Of a stretch of 64,000 bases of DNA, positions 60,286 through 64,000 are shown piece by piece. Every line of letters begins with the position of its first letter. Position 1 is the first letter of the stretch. The stretch comes from Scyliorhinus canicula (Eukaryota), in assembly GCF_902713615.1 (NCBI RefSeq), contig NC_052158.1:32467990-32531989 (forward strand). Direction: 5' to 3'. A model generated the notes under the pieces. The model worked only from the letters and a program-made list of their open reading frames with translations, was not told the DNA's origin and did not search any database. Both the position numbers and the translations under genes were made by a program.

Positions 60286-60939
60286 GCGTCCCTGGTAGCC
60301 CGGCGGTGGATTCTTCTTCAATGGAGGGATGCGAGGCCCCTAAACGTTGAGTCCTGGATCAATGACATAGCGGGGTTTATCAAATTGGAAAGGGTGAAAT
60401 TTGCTTTGAGGGGTTCGGTACAGGGGTTTTTCAAGTGGTGGCAACCATACCTAGACTTCCTGGCAGAATGGTAGACAACGATCAGTGGCAGCAGCAAACT
60501 GGGGTGGGGGGGGGGGTTTATTTCAATTTATTTCAGTTTTGTTTCTATATATTTTAAGTTTTGTCTGGGTGTATATATTTGCTATGTGTTTGTGCGGGTG
60601 TTAATTTATTATTTTTGTTGCTGAGTTTCCTTTTCACCTTTTACAATTTGTACTTTATATTTTTGTTGTTGATATTTTGCGAAAGCTTTGACAAAAATTA
60701 TTTTTTTTAAAATTCAAAATTTGTTCTTAATCTAGGACAAAAGATCGGCACAACATCGTTGGCCGAAAGGCCTGTTCTGTGATGTATTTTTCTTTGTTCT
60801 ATGTTCTATTCCCAGCAGTTACTGCTTTTTGAGGGAGTTTCAGATTTCCACCACCGTTTTGGTTGAGGACGTTCATGGTTAAACACCAGACAGCAGCCAA
60901 AACGAAGAGAGAGAGAGTGGAGAATATCACAGACTGGGT

Positions 60940-61340
60940 TAGAGAGTCCGGCAGCCACACAGCACAGACTGGGTTAGAGACTCCAGCAGCCGCATTGCAG
61001 ACTGGGTTAGAGATTCCAGCAGCCACACAGCACAGACTGGGTTAGAGACTCCAGCAGCCACATAGCACAGACTGGGTTAGAGATTCCAGCAGCCACATAG
61101 CACAGACTGGGTTAGAGACACCAGCAGCCACGTAGCACAGACTGGGTTAGAGACTCCAGCAGCCACATAGCACAGACTGGGTTAGAGACTCCAGCAGCCA
61201 CATAGCACAGACTGGGTTAGAGACTCCAGCAGCCACATAGCACAGACTGAGTTAGAGACTCCAGCAGCCACACAGCACAGACTGGGTTAGAGACTCCAGC
61301 AGCACACAGCACAGACTGGGTTTGAGACTCCAGCAGCCAC
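60940..61340. repeat. 35-bp tandem repeat CAGCAGCCACATAGCACAGACTGGGTTAGAGACTC
   Basis: About 11 units read directly. Confidence 0.95.
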
Positions 61341-61844
61341 AGAGGATGAGAGAGAGAAATCAGAGCTGGCTGGAGACTTGTACAATTCCTGATCTGACAT
61401 TCTGAGGAACATTGCAAATGTAGGTGCTGGTGTTTTGCATTCATACCCTGATGTCTCTGTGTGGGTGTTGGTGTTTTGCGTTCATACCCTGATGTCCCTG
61501 TGTGGGTGCTGGTGTTTTGGCATTCATACCCTGGTGTCTCTCTGTGTGGGTGTTGGTGTTTTGGGATTCATACCCTGATGTCTCTCTGTGTGGGTGCTGG
61601 TGTTTTGGCATTCATACCCTGGTGTCTCTCTGTGTGGGTGTTGGTGTTTTGGGATTCATACCCTGATGTCTCTCTGTGTGGGTGTTGGTGTTTTGGGATT
61701 CATACCCTGATGTCTCTCTGTGTGGGTGTTGGTGTTTTGACATTCATACCCTGATGTCTCTGCGTGGGTGTTGGTGTTTTGGCATTCATACCCTGATGTC
61801 TCTCTCTGTGTGTCTCCTGCCACATAAAACTGCTCCTCGACCAG

Positions 61845-62028
61845 CATAGAATTTACAGTGCAGCAGGAGGCCATTCGGCCCATCGATTTCACACCGGCCC
61901 TTGGAAAGAACACTACCTAAGCCCACACCTCCACCCTTTCCCCATAACCTAGTAACCCCAAGTAATCTTTTTGGACACTAAGGGCAATTTAGCATGGCCA
62001 ATCCACCTAACCTGCACATATTTGGATC
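61845..62028 (-). mobile_element. HE1-like SINE 3' half
   Basis: GGGCAATTTAGCATGGCCAATCCACCTAACC shared with 42607-42640; CR1-type tail. Confidence 0.75.
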
Positions 62029-62836
62029 CATGGTTGGGACTTGGACAATGTGGATTACTTCCCGTACCTCGGGAGCCTTCTCCTGTTGCGAGCCAACGTT
62101 GTCAACGATATCCAGAATTGACTGCAATCGCCAGAGCAGTCTTCGGTCGCCTGAGAAAGAGAGTGTTCGAAGACCGAGACCTCAAATCCAGCTCCAAGCT
62201 CATGGTCTACAGAGCAGCCATGGTCACCACCCTCCTGTATGCATCAGGAACATGGAAAATGTACTGCAGACACCTTAAATCATTGGAGAGATATCACCAA
62301 CATTACCTCTGCAAAATCCTGCACGTCCACTGACAGGATAGGCGAACCAACGTGAGCATCCTCTCTCAGGCCAATATCCCCAGCATTGAGGCACTGGTCA
62401 CACTCGACCAGCTGCGATGGGTGGGCCACATTGCCCACATTCCCAATGCACGACTTTCGAAACAAGTGCTCTATTCCGAGCTCCGCAATGGCAAGCGATC
62501 ACTAGGAAGGCAGAGGAAACACAACACGGACACTCAGCTCCTTGAATAAATGCAAATCCCCATCGACACGTGGGAATCGCTTGCCTTAGAACACACAAAC
62601 TGGACAAATATCAACCACAAAGTCACCAATCACCTCGAGTGTTATATTGTGGGGCACACGGAGGCCACGTGTAAACAGCGAAAGGAGAGTGCAGAATCTA
62701 GAGCGTACCACCCACCAACCTGCCAACCCTGTGTCAGAGTCTGCAGATTCAGGATTGGACTGTTCAGCCACCGCAGGACCCACCTACCTGTGGAGTGGAA
62801 GCAAGTCATCCGCGACGCTGAGGGACTGCCAAAGAG
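62029..62836 (+). mobile_element. RTE-clade LINE, 3' fragment
   Basis: AVFGRLRKRVF, KLMVYRAA..TLLYASGTW, LERYHQHYLCKIL, TNVSILSQANIPSIE, QLRWVGH, KQVLYSEL..GKR..GRQRK, TWESLA. Confidence 0.88.
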
Positions 62837-63343
62837 ATTCTCTGATGTCTCTGGGTGGATGTTAGTATTTTGGGGTTAATACCCTGATGTCTCTGTGTGG
62901 GTGTTGGTGTTTTGGGATTCATACCCTGTTGTCTCTGTGTGGGTGTTGGTGTTTTGGGATTCATACCCTGATGTCTCTCTGTGTGGGTGTTGATGTTTTG
63001 GGATTCATACCCTGATGCCTCTCTGTGCGGGTGTTGGTGTTTTGGGGTACACCCTGATGTCTCTCTGTCTGGGTGTTGGTGTTTTGGTGTTCATACCATG
63101 ATGTCTCTCTGTGTGGGTGTTGGTGTTTTGGGGGTCATACTCTGATGTCTCTCTGTGGGTGTTGGTGTTTTGGGGGTTATACTCTGATGTCTCTCTGTCT
63201 GGGTGTTGGTGTTTTGGGATTCATACCCTGATGTGTCTGTGTATGTGTGTATTTTTGTCTTGGGGTTCATACCCCGATATATCTCTCATTGTGGGTGTTG
63301 GTCTTTTGGGGTTCAGACCTTGATATCTCTCTCTATTTTTCAG

Positions 63344-63604
63344 GCTCTCACTCTTTCCGGACTTTCCTCACGGGTATGACTCCAATCCCTGGATTTCCGC
63401 AATTTGTGGCTGTCGGCTACGTGGATGATGTCCAGTTTATTGCGTACGACAGCGATCGGAAGGAGTTGATTGCCCGAGAGAAGTGGATGGTGGACAGTGA
63501 GGGGCCTGAGTTCTGGGAACGGAAGAAGCTTCTTGCACAGGAAGGGGAGGAGAATTTCAAATCTGAAATTCCGATCCTCATGTCTTGGACCAACCAGTCA
63601 GGAG
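63344..63604 (+). CDS. MHC class I heavy chain, exon 2 (alpha-1 domain, 87 codons), UAA-like sequence with non-classical residues
   Basis: TTTTTCAG acceptor, G|GTGAGT donor, phase 1-1; GSHSFRTFLT..PQFVAVGYVDDVQFIAYDSD..WM..EGPEFWER..NQS (N86 glycosylation site). Confidence 0.96.
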
Positions 63605-63709
63605 GTGAGTCCTCAATCTCCCAGCACTCGGTTCCAATGGGGAGTACCTCAGAGTGGATCAATCTGGGAGACAGAGGCTGATGGTTGTGGATGGGGCAGT
63701 AAATTATTA

Positions 63710-63845
63710 GATAAAAGCAAATTACGGCAGATGCTGGAATCTGAAGCCGAAGAGAAAATGCTGCAAAATCTCAGCAGGTCTGGCAGCATCTGTAGGGAGA
63801 GAAAGGAGCTGACGATTCGAGTCCAGATGACCTTTTATCAAATCA
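63710..63845 (-). mobile_element. Penelope-type terminal fragment; related copy at ~39400-39520 (+)
   Basis: GCAGATGCTGGAATCTGAA..CTCAGCAGGTCTGGCAGCATCTG; family assignment from memory. Confidence 0.6.
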
Positions 63846-64000
63846 GTAACTGGGTTGTAGCTGGTTGTAAATTACATCGGCTGGGTTTGTATTGTGGGCA
63901 GGGCCACCCAGTGAACCTGCTTCTGATTGGCTGCTTGCATTGTAAGTGGGGCCTCTGGTAGGACTGCCTCTGATTGGTGGCTTGTGTTTCTGATCTACAG

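Larger units (their letters stand above)
45748..60717 (+). mobile_element. L1-clade element (second subfamily), split into 45748-47932, 52938-55345 and 60286-60717
   Basis: 19-bp TSD with 1 mismatch, AATTTGTTC(A/T)TAATCTAGG (45729-45747, 60718-60736); 5' end GACTTTCGG; ORF1 45972-46713 and ORF2 pieces colinear with the L1 at 5785. Confidence 0.93.
61425..63290. repeat. 42-44-bp tandem repeat GGGTGTTGGTGTTTTGGGATTCATACCCTGATGTCTCTCTGTGT, interrupted by SINE/RTE pieces (~61810-62836)
   Basis: Two blocks, 61425-61810 and 62837-63290, running up towards the exon-2 acceptor. Confidence 0.93.

Noticed and set aside
63247-63681. The 144-aa ORF as a single-exon protein
   Set aside because: Only 63344-63604 is class I-like and it is bounded by canonical splice sites; the flanks are intronic read-through.

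Overview
Eukaryotic, repeat-dense DNA from a cartilaginous fish (inferred from HE1-type SINEs, CR1/L1/Penelope elements and a shark-like MHC class I sequence). The only host gene I can support is an MHC class I heavy-chain gene on the + strand. It has two X-Y promoter modules (~44.5-44.63 kb), a leader exon (44767-44815) and an alpha-1 exon (63344-63604). The 18.5-kb intron between them is mostly one nested transposon stack: a CR1 tail holds an L1, which holds a full-length CR1 and a Gypsy, and the Gypsy holds a short retroposed insert. The alpha-1 domain lacks the classical peptide-anchoring residues (Y7T, Y59F, R84W). Upstream lie an 8.05-kb class I (epsilon-like) ERV with ~98% identical LTRs, a 2H-phosphoesterase-like remnant and a TM-only env; a full-length L1 inside a CR1 inside a minisatellite; Gypsy, Tx1 and Penelope relics; MITEs; and several minisatellites. 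The most striking signal: two different Gypsy-type LTR elements (321-1143 and 55346-60285) lack a tRNA primer-binding site. In its place each has 13-14 nt exactly complementary to its own LTR poly(A)-signal region, with the same geometry and co-varying sequence, suggesting self-primed reverse transcription. Most long ORFs in the track are artefacts of tandem repeats or G-rich tracts. All calls are by eye; no alignments or database searches were run.
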